Shown here: piece after piece, positions 38,366-52,514 of the stretch
How the letters are laid out: each line of letters starts with the position of its first letter
Position numbering within the stretch: the first letter of the stretch is position 1
The notes under the pieces: model-generated
Told to the model about the DNA's origin: nothing
The model's database searches: none
What the model saw: the letters and a program-made list of their open reading frames with translations, nothing else
NCBI RefSeq assembly: GCF_006345805.1
Contig: NC_043000.1
Coordinates: 46,934,001 to 46,998,000, forward strand
Direction of reading: 5' to 3'
Source: Octopus sinensis
Taxonomy: Eukaryota
DNA length: 64,000 bases
Program-made: the position numbers and the translations under genes

Positions 38366-38370
<5 letters not shown>

Positions 38371-38560
38371 CGTAAAAAGCACCCACTACACTCGCAGAGT
38401 GGTTGGCGTTAGGAAGGACATCCAGCTGTAGAAACACTGCCAGATCAGACTGGAGCCTGGTGCAGCCCCTGGCTTCCCAGTCCCCGGTCGAACCGTCCAA
38501 CTCATGCTAGCACAGAAAACGGACGTTAAACAATGATGATGATGATGATGATGATGATGA
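38366..38560 (+). mobile_element. RTE-tail SINE 3' part
   Basis: TGGCACGTAAAAAGCACCCACTACAC..(GAT)n. Confidence 0.85.
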
Positions 38561-38649
38561 TATATATACATATATACATGCATGACTATATATACATAAA
38601 TGCCTTAATATACATATATGACTATAACTATATATATATTTATATTTAT

Positions 38650-38720
<71 letters not shown>

Positions 38721-39070
38721 TTATATATATATATATACATATACATATGCATATGTATATGTATGTATATATATATATATATATATATACATATATATAT
38801 TAGTTGTATCATATATATTATATATATATATAAAAGCATTTGTATATACATACTCATATCATGAAATTTATTTCAATATGAAGCCCTAAGAAAATAGCAA
38901 ATCTGAGCTAGGTATTTTAACTATTCTTAAGCATTGTATGAGCTCTATTATATAAATGTTGGTCTCCCTTGCTCTGATGAACGGTAGCAAACTGACATGT
39001 GTGTGTCTGTTTGTGAATGTTATATATGAATATGTACGAGTATATATATATGTATATGTATGTATATATA

Positions 39071-39115
<45 letters not shown>

Positions 39116-39480
39116 CATACATACATATATATATATATACATACATACACACACATGCATACAATGAATTCACAAAAATATGAACACACTTTGCAGTTTA
39201 TTTGAATGGTTAACCACATATTTTATTCAGTGATTTAATGTTGAGACATTCAATCTTTTCTAAGGGTTTGTGAGAAGAATATGTTTGCAAAGTTGGGGGT
39301 GGTGGCGACGTATAAAATTTCCTGTGCAAAGGGAAAAGAATTGGGCCAAATATTCATCTATGTGTGTGGAACTACCTGTGTTCATAAGCATATTTATATC
39401 CTTCATGTCATATACACACTCACACATGCATACATACATGTATGTGTATGTATATCTATACATAAAGGCATGTCTTTGTA

Positions 39481-39535
<55 letters not shown>

Positions 39536-40139
39536 TACATTAAAACAAGTAAAACATATATGCACATATATATACATATACATACACTGGCTTATGTATT
39601 TATATTTATATATTCATATAATCTGCATGTATTCATGAAGTGTGTAAGAGAAGAGATATATCATGTATAGACCATCAAGTTATTCTATTGTTCATTCAAC
39701 TATCAATCTATTTAATTACACATGAAAATGATTGCATGATCATTCTTGCGAATTCATTATCGCATACTAATTTCTGAAAATCACTTCCTTTCATTACAGA
39801 AAGAGAGAGAGAGAGAAAAAAATAAAACTTGTATGCTGAAGCTTGCGTAATTCAAAAACATTAATTCTATAGCCAAAATTATTTGAAATTTTCAAGAATT
39901 TAATTGAGCAATATATATATAATACAAATGATATTTTCATTAGCATTTGTTTGAAATGTTCACAAGTAAAGAATGAAATTTAACACAATGAATAACACAC
40001 ACACACACACACATATGCATGTAGGAATGTATGTATACATATATGTATATGAATGTAGGTATATGTGAGCATGTATGCTCACTTATATATATATAGATAT
40101 AAATACATACAGACATATATATATATATATATATCACTC

Positions 40140-40199
<60 letters not shown>

Positions 40200-40202
40200 C
40201 AT

Positions 40203-40240
<38 letters not shown>

Positions 40241-40313
40241 TTATACATACACACACACACACACACACAACACACACACACACACCACACACACACACAC
40301 ACATATATATATA

Positions 40314-40362
<49 letters not shown>

Positions 40363-40400
40363 ATATATATATATATAGATATATATATATATATATATAT
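38560..40400. repeat. Extended TA/CA/TATG microsatellite field with short unique interludes
   Basis: Direct inspection. Confidence 0.9.
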
Positions 40401-40634
40401 CCAATGATATTGGTTTGTTTTCTATTGCCAAGGCATAAAGACCCTCTGCTTTCGTGAACTGGGAAAAGCAATACTTGAATTTATGAGCTTTGTATTAATT
40501 CCAAAAGCATTACAGGTATAAGAGAAGCAAAATACCTTTCTGTGTGTAATAAAAAGTGTGTGATGACCTTCATAAACTTCTAGTGTATTCATCACATATT
40601 ACATATAAATCAGGTAGAGAATCTCTATATATAT

Positions 40635-41070
40635 TCAGTGTGGCTCCGTGGTAAGAAGTTTGCTTCGCAACCACATGGTTTCTGGTTCAGTTCTACTGCT
40701 TCATACCTTGGGCAAGTGTCTTGTATTATAACCTTGGTTTGACCAAATCCTTATGAGTAGATATGATAGACAGAAACCTAAAGAAGCCTGTCATATTTAT
40801 GTGTGTGTATGTGAGTTTGTGTGCATGTGTGTGTGTGTGCGTGTGTGTGTGTGTGTGCGTACGTGTGTGTTTTTGTTTTTCCTGCAGAACTTGCCAACCG
40901 GTGATAGTTTGTTTACATTCCTGTAATGTAGTAGTTTGGCAAAGGAGGCTGATAAAATAAGCACCAGTCTTTAAAAATAAATAATTAAGCTCAATTTATT
41001 CAACAAAACTCAGGGCAGTGCCCCTGTATGGCCACAGTCCAATGACTGAAATAAGTAAAAGATGAAAGAT
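40635..41070 (+). mobile_element. Diverged SINE-A
   Basis: Head TGGCTCCGTGGTAAG..GGTTCAGTTCT; tail GTAAAAGATGAAAG. Confidence 0.8.
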
Positions 41071-41090
41071 AAAAAACTCATTCAAATGAA

Positions 41091-41148
<58 letters not shown>

Positions 41149-41354
41149 TCTCATATGTGGCTATGATACCAAAACAAAAGTAAGGAGAAAGAATGAACCT
41201 AGTTGTGATTATTCAAGAGATGGATGTTGGGTATCTCTATGAAGTAAAACTAGGAGAAACATGCTATTAAATGGTGGATGAAGTGTGAGAGAACATCGAT
41301 GTGGTTACTCAAGGAAGGAAAAATATTAGAAAAAGAGAGTTATAATAAAGACAT

Positions 41355-41660
41355 CATTCAGTCATGAATCACCATGAGATTGCACCTAGAAAGTTACTCT
41401 CTGATTCACAAATCCGGGACGAGGTTCCCTTGTGGAAGACCAGCAGTTGCTCATGCATACCAATGTCTCATCTCCATTCCAATGTACAGGGAAAGGCCAA
41501 TACAGCTTGGCACTAGTGACGTCACAACTCATTACTACAACTGAGTGAACTGGAGCAATGTGAAATAAAATGTCTTGTTCAAGAACACAACACAGAGTCT
41601 GGTCCAGGAATTGAACTCACTACTTCATGATTGTGAACTCAATGCTCTAACTACTGAGTT
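41355..41660 (-). mobile_element. tRNA-headed SINE (SINE-C-related)
   Basis: Minus-strand B-box GAGTTCAATTCC and TTGCTCCAGTTCACTCAG block shared with 1660-1908. Confidence 0.65.
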
Positions 41661-44434
41661 GTAACGTTGTTGTTCAAAAGAATGAGATGTAACCTTAGTG
41701 TGGTTACGAAAAAAGAAGAGAAACAATAAGAGACATTGTCATGTCTTCCAAGTAGGAGAAAGCAAGAGAGAAGTGGGAAGAGAGAGAAAGAAAGAGTGTA
41801 CAAGAGAGAACTTACATGTGTTTGGGTGAATGAAGCAGAGAGTGACAATTAGTGACTGGTTGGTATGTAATAAATAGCAATCAATTTTTCCTCAAAATTA
41901 CACCCTAATGTCTTAAAATAGGAATAATAAATTAGATAACGTTGTCTAAAATACATTTTGTCTGGCAAAAACAATAGATGGACGTAGCTAGATGGCATTT
42001 AATTATATGTCTGCTTGATCAAGGTTGACCTAGGGGTAAACAGCAGCAACTATAACTAAATGATGGGATTTTTCAAAGCCATTAAAAAATTCACTTCCAA
42101 TTATTGTTTCTTCAGAGTCAGAAATTATTTCGTTTCTGCATAATTTCTACATAGCATAAGTGTGACCCACACAAAAGTTTTGCATCCACTACTCCCACAC
42201 GAAAACGCAAACACACACAGGTATATGCGCGTGCACACACACACACACACGCACACACACAAGCACATGTATATACGCATTCCCATAAACAGATTAGATT
42301 GTATTCAAAATTCCATCTGCTTTCTTGACAAAAGTTTTCTGACCAACCTCTCATCCTCCTTGATCAATCTATCTTAGGTGATGATGATGACTTCCTGTCT
42401 GCCTCACTGATAATTAATGAGGCCAATCTTGAAACCACCACATTGATTACATGTTTGAAATGTAAAATCATTATTGTCAATTCCTTGCTTTGATTGTTAT
42501 TGTTGCAGACGATTCTTTTTTTTCTTTTACTTACTAAGTGCCATATACACATCTACATAGCACGGCTACAGAAATCAGTTTCATCTCCTACTTTCATTCA
42601 GAAGACATTAGTTAGCCCTGTGTTATAGTAGAATACCACTTGTGCAAGATCTCACACAACTTCTTAACCACGCAACTATGCCTAACAGTAAAAGGAAGTT
42701 GAAATTTATATTTTTTTTATTCCAATTTTGAAAATCAAAAACAGTAGATCCCAATCTGTCTTACAGGTGAAAAGTGTAACAAAAAGTTTGGAAAATATTT
42801 TATCAGCAGATGCTGTAAAATAAGAACTACTGAAATAGGGAAGTATTTCTAACATGAAAGTTTAGAATTTTCTTAATGGTAAATCAAACAGTTCATTGTT
42901 AAAATTTAGTCTGTTAGAAACAGTACAGGAATAAGTAATTGAAATATGAAAATGAAACACCTTGAAAGATAACTTGGCAACTGTTCATTAGATGTAGAAG
43001 ATGATATAATCACAAAAATTCTGTTATTTCAAGAATCATGCAATGCAATTGGGGCAGTATGTTGGTGGGTTGGTGTGTGGGTGAGACAAGATAAATGTAT
43101 CTATGAAAATATTGTGTTTGCACAAGGTCAACAATTTAGTGAGAGGAGTTGATTACATTGGCCCCAGTGCTTGAACAGTACATATTTTATTGATCCCAAA
43201 AGGGTGAAAGATAATGTCCACTTTGGTGTAATTTGAACTCAGAATGTTAAGATACACAAAATGTTACTAAGTATCTTGTCCAGCATGCTAACAGTTCTGC
43301 CAGATTTTGTCACAAGGTCAGTAATTTCAGGAGAAGTGTTAAGTCAATTACAATGACCCCAGTGCTCAACTGGTACTTTATTTTATTCATTCCAAAAGGA
43401 TGAAAGGCAAAGTGGACCTCAGCAGAATTTGAACTCAGAATATAAAGTCTGAGGAAATGCTAAACATTTTGCCTTACATGCTAATGATTCTGCCAGACTG
43501 TTGCCTTATATTTGTGGAAATATTGACATGAGTGAAAGCACATGAGTGAAAGCACATGAGTGAGAGCAAATGATGTCAGTTTGAAAGATCAAAATCTGCA
43601 TTCCATTACATCATTTTACAACTTTGGTGAATGCTTAATAAACAGTTATTTTATTGCAAAAATGAAACTTCACAAAGTTGTGTTCAACAATGAGTGTATC
43701 CAAACTAACTGATAACAGCCATGTAATTTTATCAGTTCAAAGGAATTATTATAAGTCATGGTTAGTTAAAAATCATGTGACATTGTCACATGACACTGAA
43801 AAGGTGCAATAAAATTAAACCTTGCAATGAAGGCAAATGAATGTGTTATAACATATATAAATATATGTACACATAGTTGTTGCTTGTGCTACAATTATGA
43901 TATTGATCAGATTCTTCAAACTGTTTTACATTTGATTAATTAATACTTTTTATTATCTATCTGATTGCAACAACCACCAAATTTATGATACAGAAGTTGT
44001 TGTTTCAGAGTTTCCATATATAATTTTAATCTTACTTAATTATTTCACGTAAGAATACTTTTTTTTTTAGTTACATACGTTACAAACATAAGTTTAACAA
44101 TGAAATCATTCTACTAAATCCCTGAAGAAAATGTAATTATTTTCAAAATAAAATAGAAATACGTATAAAACATATTTCATTGGAAATATGGTGATAATGC
44201 ACTGCGTTTATCTTCTTATTTGATTATGATATATATTATCTGTCTCACATTTCAACTATTTTATCAATGTAATATATAATTTAGCTACAATTATGAGTGA
44301 CTGAATCATCTATCATCATAATGACTTCTAGTAATATTTAGTTGTATGGCCTGTCTGTTCAATTTGCAAGTCATTACAGAAGAAAATAGAATATTTTAAT
44401 AAAAATAAACATGTAAAAAAAAATTATTGCAGTA

Positions 44435-44501
44435 ATGATGGTGGTGGTAGTGGTGGTGGTGGTGGTGGTGGTGGTGGTGGTGGTGGTGGTGGTGGTGATG
44501 A

Positions 44502-44533
<32 letters not shown>

Positions 44534-44575
44534 TGGTGGTGGTGGTGGTGGTGATGATGATGATGATGATGATAG
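44435..44575. repeat. (GTG)n/(ATG)n trinucleotide microsatellite
   Basis: Direct inspection; produces spurious poly-His/Pro ORFs. Confidence 0.95.
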
Positions 44576-44924
44576 AGTTAGTGATCGTATTGGTGAGGAA
44601 TGCGTATGATAGTGATGATAATGATTCCTTCTGAATTTGATGATGGTGAAGATTAGTGGAGAGAGAGAGTAAGTGATAATAATAGCAGTGGTGGAATGAT
44701 GGTGCGACTTGTCTGGGATGAGGACAAAGACAATCATGGTGGTTATCGTGTTCTAATTTTAGTGATAAAGATGATGACAATTTTCAGTTGATGCACACCA
44801 AAAAGTGTTTATCTCCACATGTAAGTATTTGTTTGCCATAAATTAAAACATATGGCAAGAGATAAAAATTCACAAACATAAACAGGAGGATCACTCTCTA
44901 AAAACTAGTTGTCTCTTCATCATT

Positions 44925-45207
44925 CATCATTGTTCGACTGAGGTCATAGCATTATGGAGGTCCTGTTGCTGGATGCCTGTATCCCTGGAGACTACATCAG
45001 GGTAGGAGAGTGTGCACCCTCTGGTATCGCGAGCAGATGGCTTCCAGAGGAGAAGAGTAGAAATTACCTCGTTTTCAGCTCTACAACAATGTCCAGCAAA
45101 CTGGACTCTTCTACCTTTCACAAGTGATGATACAGGTGGTAATTTCCCATATATTTGTACTTTGGTTGGACGATGCTTCCACGAGAGATTTTGAGCTCTC
45201 ATAAGGA
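44925..45207 (-). mobile_element. RTE-type LINE C-terminal fragment
   Basis: LLMRAQNLSWKHRPTKVQIYGKLPPVSSLVKGRRVQFAGHC..LLLWKPS..SYPDVVSRDTG. Confidence 0.85.
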
Positions 45208-47076
45208 GGCATGTTGTCTCTTCACCACTATGTATGTATACTTTGTACCTACAGGTTATCCTTGATTCTATATTGTACTTTGTATTTCTATCAGCTTCAT
45301 TTAACAATGTTTTATGATACAAAAACGTGTAGCACAGCAAGACAACATTATACTAATATTTCTTTACTATTTCATTTCTTTTTCTGCATCTCCTTGCTTT
45401 ATCAGTTTACCATTCTGATTCTTCCCATCTATGATGAAAAATATTTGGTTTCATATGCAACCCAGATTGGCACTCTGTCAGTTACAACGACGAGGTTTCC
45501 AGTTGATCCGATCAACATAACAGTCTGCTCATGAAATTAACATCCAAGTGGTTAAGCACTCCACAGACATGTGTACCCTTAAAATAGTTCTCGGGGAGAT
45601 CCAGCATGACACAGTATATTAACAGAATAATTAATAGTATATTTTTTCTAAATATGTTTTCTCTCTGAAGACATCAACTTACACATTAGCAAACTCTGAA
45701 ATTTCTTGCTTGCTCAGATGAAACCAATATCTGATCTACAGTTTCTTCAGCTCAGGTTACATTTCATTTGATTATCTTCATAATAATTGCTAAATTTACT
45801 TGCAAAATAAAGTTTTCTTATTGAAAATAGCACTAGCTAAATATGCTATAGTACCAGATTAAATACTTATCAATATTTCTTATTACAGTTTGGGAAAAAT
45901 AATGTCATTAGTTACATGTTTCAAATGAGCCAATTAGTGGTTCTCTATATTGCTTATGTTGAGAGTGACAAGAGGTTGTGTGTATTATGACAAATGACTC
46001 TGAAAAGCACAGATGTTTTTTTGGATGTTTTGTATCTACAAAATCAGGTAAACATGCACATTCACACACACACACTTACACACACAGACACTCACTCACA
46101 CATACATATGCACATGCATACACTATGTGTTTGCATACATGGGTACACGTACATGTGTGTGTGTGTGTGTTCCTTTTTATATCATCAGCAGTAGCATTAT
46201 TCCACATTAACATATCTTCTATGTTGGCATGGGTTGGACAGTCTGACAGAATCTGACAAGTTAGAGAACTGGGTTGATCTCGAATATACACAGCTGGATG
46301 CCTTTCCAAGCGCCAACTACTTTACAGAGTGGCTGCAACATGAATGAAGTCATCAAGTAATTTACAAGGAGGTGGCTTTATGCCGGGTGATGATAAAGTA
46401 TGATAGAGGGACAAGAACAGATGCTCTAAAGAAGAGACATGGTTACCCCAGTGTGAAAGAGATAAACGATGGTGGGGATGCAGTGCCGAGAAATACTTTT
46501 AAGTTGCAAGAAGATGGATATAGAAAAGAATAGTGATGGTGAATTGGAAAGGAAATATGGACAGGTAATTTCATGAGAATGTAAAAGGAAAATGACTGAT
46601 GGTTAAAGATGGGGACTGAGATGAATACAGTGGATGGTGAACACTGGTGCAGTTTATGAAAGGGCATAAAGCCATAGAAACCATGCAAAAACAGACATGG
46701 AGACTGGGCAGCATCACTTCGGCTGGGTAGCTCCTGTCAAATTGTTCACCTCATGCCAGCATGGAAAACAAATGCTAAATGATGATGATGATGATGAAAA
46801 TAGGAATGAACCAGGGATGAGAAAATGATAGAAGGTGGTGGAGCAAAAATGAGTGGAGAGTGGAGGACAAGAGTGTAATAAAACTATTCATAGAAGAAAA
46901 ACAGTGAGATGATGTAAAGCAGTGGAAGTGAGGGAGGGATGCTCAGTGAGAAAGACATGGGTCTTAGGTAAGTAGGGGGTAAAAGTAGAAAGTAGTGAAT
47001 AAAAGTGAGGGAGGGGGCAGTGATTGAGAGATATGAGAGAGTACTCAGGGAAAAGGAATGTTCAGTAGAAAATAAT

Positions 47077-47307
47077 TATTTCTTTACTACCCACAAGGGG
47101 CTAAACACAGAGGGGACAAACAAGGACAGACAAACGGATTAAGTTGTTTACATCGACCCCAGTGAACTAGTACTTAATTTATCAACCCCGAAAGGATGAA
47201 AGGCAAAGTTGAACTCGGTGGAATTTGAACTCAGAACCTAACGGCAGACAAAATATGGCTACGCATTTCGCCCGGCGTGCTAACGTTTCTGCCAGCTCGC
47301 CACCTTT
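47077..47307 (-). mobile_element. SINE-B
   Basis: 9-bp TSD GAAAATAAT at 47068-47076 and 47308-47316. Confidence 0.9.
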
Positions 47308-47653
47308 GAAAATAATGTAGTAAGGGATGATATTGAAAATCCAGGATAGGTGGCAAAAGAATGTGAGTTCAAGGAGAGGGATAAGTGGTAGTGCACTGCC
47401 CTACCAATTCAGTCTTGATGGTGCCATTCTTTTTCATCTTGGGCCCAAATTGCTAGACTAAATCATCTCTCCACTATTATGGATGCCTTCAAAGTGGCCT
47501 TTTCCAATCTTCTGGATACCACTCAGCAACCTGTGTGGTTCTACCTGTTTTTTGTGAACCTTGCAAAACATGTCTGGTCCAGCAGAACTTGTACTTTCAG
47601 TTCTCTGTGATCACATCATCCATTCCACACCATTCTCAAATTCTCTCTCTCTC

Positions 47654-47735
<82 letters not shown>

Positions 47736-48239
47736 TTATTTATGCATGTGTGTGTCTGTGTATCTGAGTGTGTAACAAATTTCTGACTTGTCTGCATTCA
47801 TCCTATTTCACTCACAAAAATTGACTGTAGTAAAAGACATCTGCCCAAGATGCCATGCAGTGTGATCACAGTCCAAACTTTATTATTGTGAAGCTAACTC
47901 GTTGACTACACAGCTATACTGTAGCCATGTTAAACAAAAAAGCAGTTGTTTGTAAATTTGCTGACGCTAGCCTCAAATGGTTCAGCACTTTCCAAGCATA
48001 GCCATGACTGACAGCATATATATCATCATCATACCATTTTTCATTATATTATTGAAATATTATGCTTCTAGTCAGTATCATGTAATATATCCTATTTATA
48101 AGATGGTATCATATAATTTGATTGAAATTTGGCTGTTATATTTAACATGTCAAGTGCAACACAATGAGGATCCAACTTTGGCTAGACAAGATTATTTTCT
48201 CTATGAACTGGGTTCAAGTTTTGTGAGAATAAGTATTAC

Positions 48240-48314
48240 CCTTTCTTCTTTTCACTCTTGGTCGATAATCACCAGGCTTTCGGTGGGATTCTATTTCCTT
48301 CAGTAAACCATTTC
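48240..48314 (-). CDS. Candidate 75-nt exon (xNGLLKEIESHRKPGDYRPRVKRRK in phase 1)
   Basis: Acceptor ATTTCTATAG, donor AGG|GTAATA, symmetric open phase-1 frame. No homolog recognised. Confidence 0.35.
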
Positions 48315-48481
48315 CTATAGAAATCTGTGGCTTTGAGCCAATGCAAGAAATCAATAGCCCTTAATCTTCTCATGTCTGTTTTCTTGTGCAAGAAACAGTT
48401 CAATAACTCAGAAAAATCATGACACTTCTTGTCATTTTCTTGAAGTTGTATATGAATTCTAACATGTGTACATGTGTGTGA

Positions 48482-48519
<38 letters not shown>

Positions 48520-48854
48520 ATGTTTGTGTGAGTGTGCATGCATGTGTGTATCTATATGTGTGTATGCGTGTTCTTTTTACTGTTTTATATCTATTTTCTC
48601 ATGCTTGCATAAGTACAACAATTTATATGTTGAAGTAATTGTTTTTAACAGCTGGATACCCTGCTGCTGCTAACCACTCAACTGTGAAGTAGGAATTAAA
48701 GTCTGTTTTTGTCCAGTCAGACAAACACACACAAGTGTATATGTATGTATGTATATATGTATGTATGTATACATATATATGTGTATATATATACATATAT
48801 ATATGCACACACTCATATGCATACGTACAAATATATATGTACACATACATACAT

Positions 48855-48916
<62 letters not shown>

Positions 48917-48945
48917 CATACATATATATATACATATATACATAC

Positions 48946-49000
<55 letters not shown>

Positions 49001-49019
49001 CACACACACATATATATAT

Positions 49020-49230
49020 TTATTTATTTATCTATTACTTGTTTCAGTCATTTGACTGCTGCCATGCACCGCTTTTAGTTGAACAAATCGACCAAAGGAC
49101 TTACTCTTTATAAGCCTAGTATTTATTCTATCGGTTTCTTTTGTTGAACTGCTATGTTACAAGGATGTAAACACACCAGCACCGGTTGTCAAATGATGGC
49201 GGAGGACAAACACAGAAACACAAATACATA
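49020..49230 (-). mobile_element. SINE-A 3' half embedded in a TA/CA microsatellite field
   Basis: TTACTTGTTTCAGTCATTTGACTG..GGACAAACACAG on the plus strand. Confidence 0.8.
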
Positions 49231-49232
49231 TG

Positions 49233-49274
<42 letters not shown>

Positions 49275-49323
49275 GATATAAATGCATACATACGTATATA
49301 TACAGACATATACATATGTATAC

Positions 49324-49374
<51 letters not shown>

Positions 49375-49402
49375 CACATACATACATACATACATATGTA
49401 TA

Positions 49403-50425
49403 TATCAGGCAGAGTAAAAAGTAAGCAACGTTTTGAAATATGAAATTCGTCACAATATATTACAACAATGCGGAAATTTTATTCATCAAAGTACCATTAC
49501 AATCAGCACATTTTTTCCAGTGAGTCACAAGTTTGTGTATTCTGGTAACATAAAAATCTGGAGTTCTGAAGCTGATGAACTCTTTGAATGCCCTTTCAGC
49601 ATTGGTCTAATATTTGAACTTCTCTAGCAGGAAACATTCAAGGTGCTTTAAAAAGTAATAGTCGGTAGGAGAAAGGTCTGAGGAATAAGTTGGGTGGGGA
49701 AGAACTTCATAGCCAAACTCCCTCAACTTCTAGAGCATCATTAGTGAAATGTTTGATCGAGCATTGTTATGAAGAATGATTGACTCTCTTCTGTTATCCA
49801 GTCTGGGACAGAGAAGTAGCAGTTTTGCATTCATTTTGGCAATTTTATGGCAATATGTTTCTGAAGTAATGCTTTTTCCAGGTTTTAAGAAGTTATAGAG
49901 GATGAGTCCACCAAACAGTCACCATAACCTTCTTTTTAAAGAGCTCAGGTTTAGGTGCAACCACTGTGAAAAACGTTTTTCATTATTGTACAGAATCCAC
50001 TCTTCATCGCAAGTTACAATACAGTCGAGAAATGGATTGGTCTGATTATGGAAAAGAAGCAACGAGGAAATTTCATATCTGTGCATTTTCTGATTTTTAT
50101 TCAAATTGTATGGTATCCATTTATCAAGCTTTTTTGATTTTCTGATCACATGCAAATGGTTGCAGGCAGTTTTCTTACTAACTTGAAGTTCTTTTGCCAG
50201 TTCTTGAGGGGTTTTATGTGGCTCTTTCTCAATGACAGTCTTTAATTGACCGTCATCAATGACAGATGGGCGTCCACTATGCTCACAATCTTCAAGGCTC
50301 AGTTCTCCATTGTGAAATCATTTAAATCACTTTCGAGCTGACCACTCACTGGCCATTTCCTTGCCAAATGTTTCGTTGATATCGCGAGCAGTTTCAGCTG
50401 CTTTATGTCCTTTTTTGAAGTTGAA
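49403..50425 (-). mobile_element. Decayed mariner (D34D) transposon
   Basis: HTH region FKKGHKAAETARDINETFG..HSGRPS; KWIPYNL; IVTCDEEWILY; ILHNNAR (D to N)..34 aa..YSSDLSPTDYY; TA|TCAGG terminus at 49403; 5' end missing. Confidence 0.92.
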
Positions 50426-50444
50426 TAGCAAAAATGTGAAAATT

Positions 50445-50683
50445 ATAAACAATTATAAACAAGGACAAAAGAAAAAAGATTTCTTTGCCAATATGCTGAG
50501 AATAGACTTTAAATCATCATCACCACATACAATCACTAAGAATACACGTCATGCTGAAATCAAGGAAGGCAAGCCTGCTTTCCTCAATTTCAGCATGACG
50601 ATTTAAGCATGACGATTTAAAATCTAATCTCAGCATATTGGCATACAATTCTTTTTTCTTTTGCCCTTATCTATAATTGTTTA
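50445..50683. repeat. ~240-bp imperfect fold-back element
   Basis: Outer arms about 50445-50515 / 50613-50683; inner arms 50547-50570 / 50573-50600. Confidence 0.75.
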
Positions 50684-50739
50684 CATATATATATATATAC
50701 ATATACATACATATAAGGAAACTATGTATTGATGAATGA

Positions 50740-51750
50740 TGATGGTTGTGATGGCTACATGCACTATTTAAAAAGATCTAGTAGCGTGACAGTCAACTAT
50801 GACTTCATTGGTGAATTTAGCTCAAAAGTAGGAATCCGTCAAGGATTAAGTCCTTGGTGCCCTCGTAATTATCATAGTCCTATGCTCTATGAAAGGGAAG
50901 TTTAAGTAGAGATGTCCATGGGAACTCCTTTTTTTGGTGAATTTAGCTCAAAAGTAGGAATCCATCAAGGATTAAGTTCTTGGTGCCCTCGTATTATCAT
51001 AGTCCTATGCTCTATGAAAGGGAAGTTTAAGTAGAGATGTCCATGGGAACTCCTTTTTTTTGCCAATGACCTAGTTCTCATAGATGAATCTATGGGAGGA
51101 TTATAAAAGAAATTATAGGCATAGAAGCTACATCTTGAATCAAGAAGCTTTAGTATAAACTTAACAAAGACAAATGTTTTTGTAAGTAGGAAAGAAGACA
51201 AGGCTATAGTATCTTCAGGGAAATGGCTTCACTCAGTATACAGAGATTAATTAAAATCTCTCTATGTATGCTGTACTCAGTATAAGCTAGGGATACTCAA
51301 GTAATGTAGAGGAATCTCAGGAAGATTAACAGAAAAATGTAAGCTTCATATGAGATAGATGTACTGGAGCAGTATACTATGAGCTCACTGAAAATAGATT
51401 CTTTTGAATGCCCAGATAAATCTCTAGAATAATTGATAGCTTTTGGTACCTTGGAGATGTAATTAGCTAGGGAAATGGTGGTTCTGAAAAAAGTATAATA
51501 GCCAGAGTAAGAACAAGTTGGGAAAATTTCAAAGCACTAACACCAGTGATTTCTCCTCATAATGAAGGGCAAATTATATGATGTTAGAGTTAGAAATCTG
51601 AAGCTGCATGGTATTAAGATAAGATCTTGAATGTAGAGGACTTGAAAAGACTGGAAAAGAAATTGAGCTACCATGCTCTGCTACATGTACAATGTAAGTA
51701 TGTATGAAAATGTGCTGAAAGAAAAACTGAGAAGAAGAAGATTCACATGA
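50740..51750 (+). mobile_element. Decayed RTE RT fragment with an internal 126-bp tandem duplication
   Basis: Remnants of EFSSKVGIHQG..CPWELLFANDLVLI; copies at 50810-50935 and 50936-51061. Confidence 0.8.
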
Positions 51751-52514
51751 ATATGGAGTAGAATTATTTATATTCCTATCTCATTGAATCATGTGATTTT
51801 ATTACTTTAAGCTGAAGAGGCATTCATTATGTGAAGAACACTCATGCAGCTTACAAAGGTTACATACCTACTACCTCTACATTGATACATGGGTTGCATC
51901 TAATAGAATTTATATGCACTTTGACCTTTTAACTAGTTGTCTCAAAGACAATCAAATTAACCCTTTGTAATTTTCTCCATTTTTTTAAGGGAAACATAAC
52001 TGAGCATAATAGGAAATAAGTGTCTAAGATACGATATTGTTAACATAGCTATAATTGTTCGAACTACTAACATATTTTAAAAAGGAAAATGTATTTTTAC
52101 TACATTACCTTTTCATAATTTTGATCTCAATTATCTTCATGCATTTTATTTATTGATGTTCACATAGCTATAGACTGAACTGAAACAAGGAGCCTATATT
52201 TCAGAACTAAGAGTAACAATACTCTTATGCACTGGCTCACTTTTTCAGGTACATACATTTGATATTAAATACACATTCAGAAATAAGATACCTGATTATG
52301 ACTAGAAATTATATATATTGACACTCTGTGTTGATAAAAATATCAATTAGGTGTATTTGTAATCAACTATTAGAGTTTAATATATAGCAGTAATACACTG
52401 GTAGTCTATTCAATGAAATATATGTCATTCTCTGAATATGAGTAATCTTGTGTCAATGTAAGAAATCTGACTTTAACAGGCAAAAAAGCAGCACCTGCAA
52501 GAGCAAAAATGTTA

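Noticed and set aside
42378-42850. Plus-strand exon pair giving TCLKCEKCNKKFGKYF, reminiscent of the RCHY1/Pirh2 CHY zinc finger
   Set aside because: The conserved Cys after FGKYF and the Cys spacing do not match, the donor is weak, and no other RCHY1 exons were found.
43527-43568. CATGAGTGAAAGCA x3 (and a 24-bp duplication at 3296-3343)
   Set aside because: Small slippage duplications next to SINE ends with no sign of function.
44396-44780. Poly-His/Pro/Thr ORFs
   Set aside because: Trinucleotide microsatellite with no splice or domain context.
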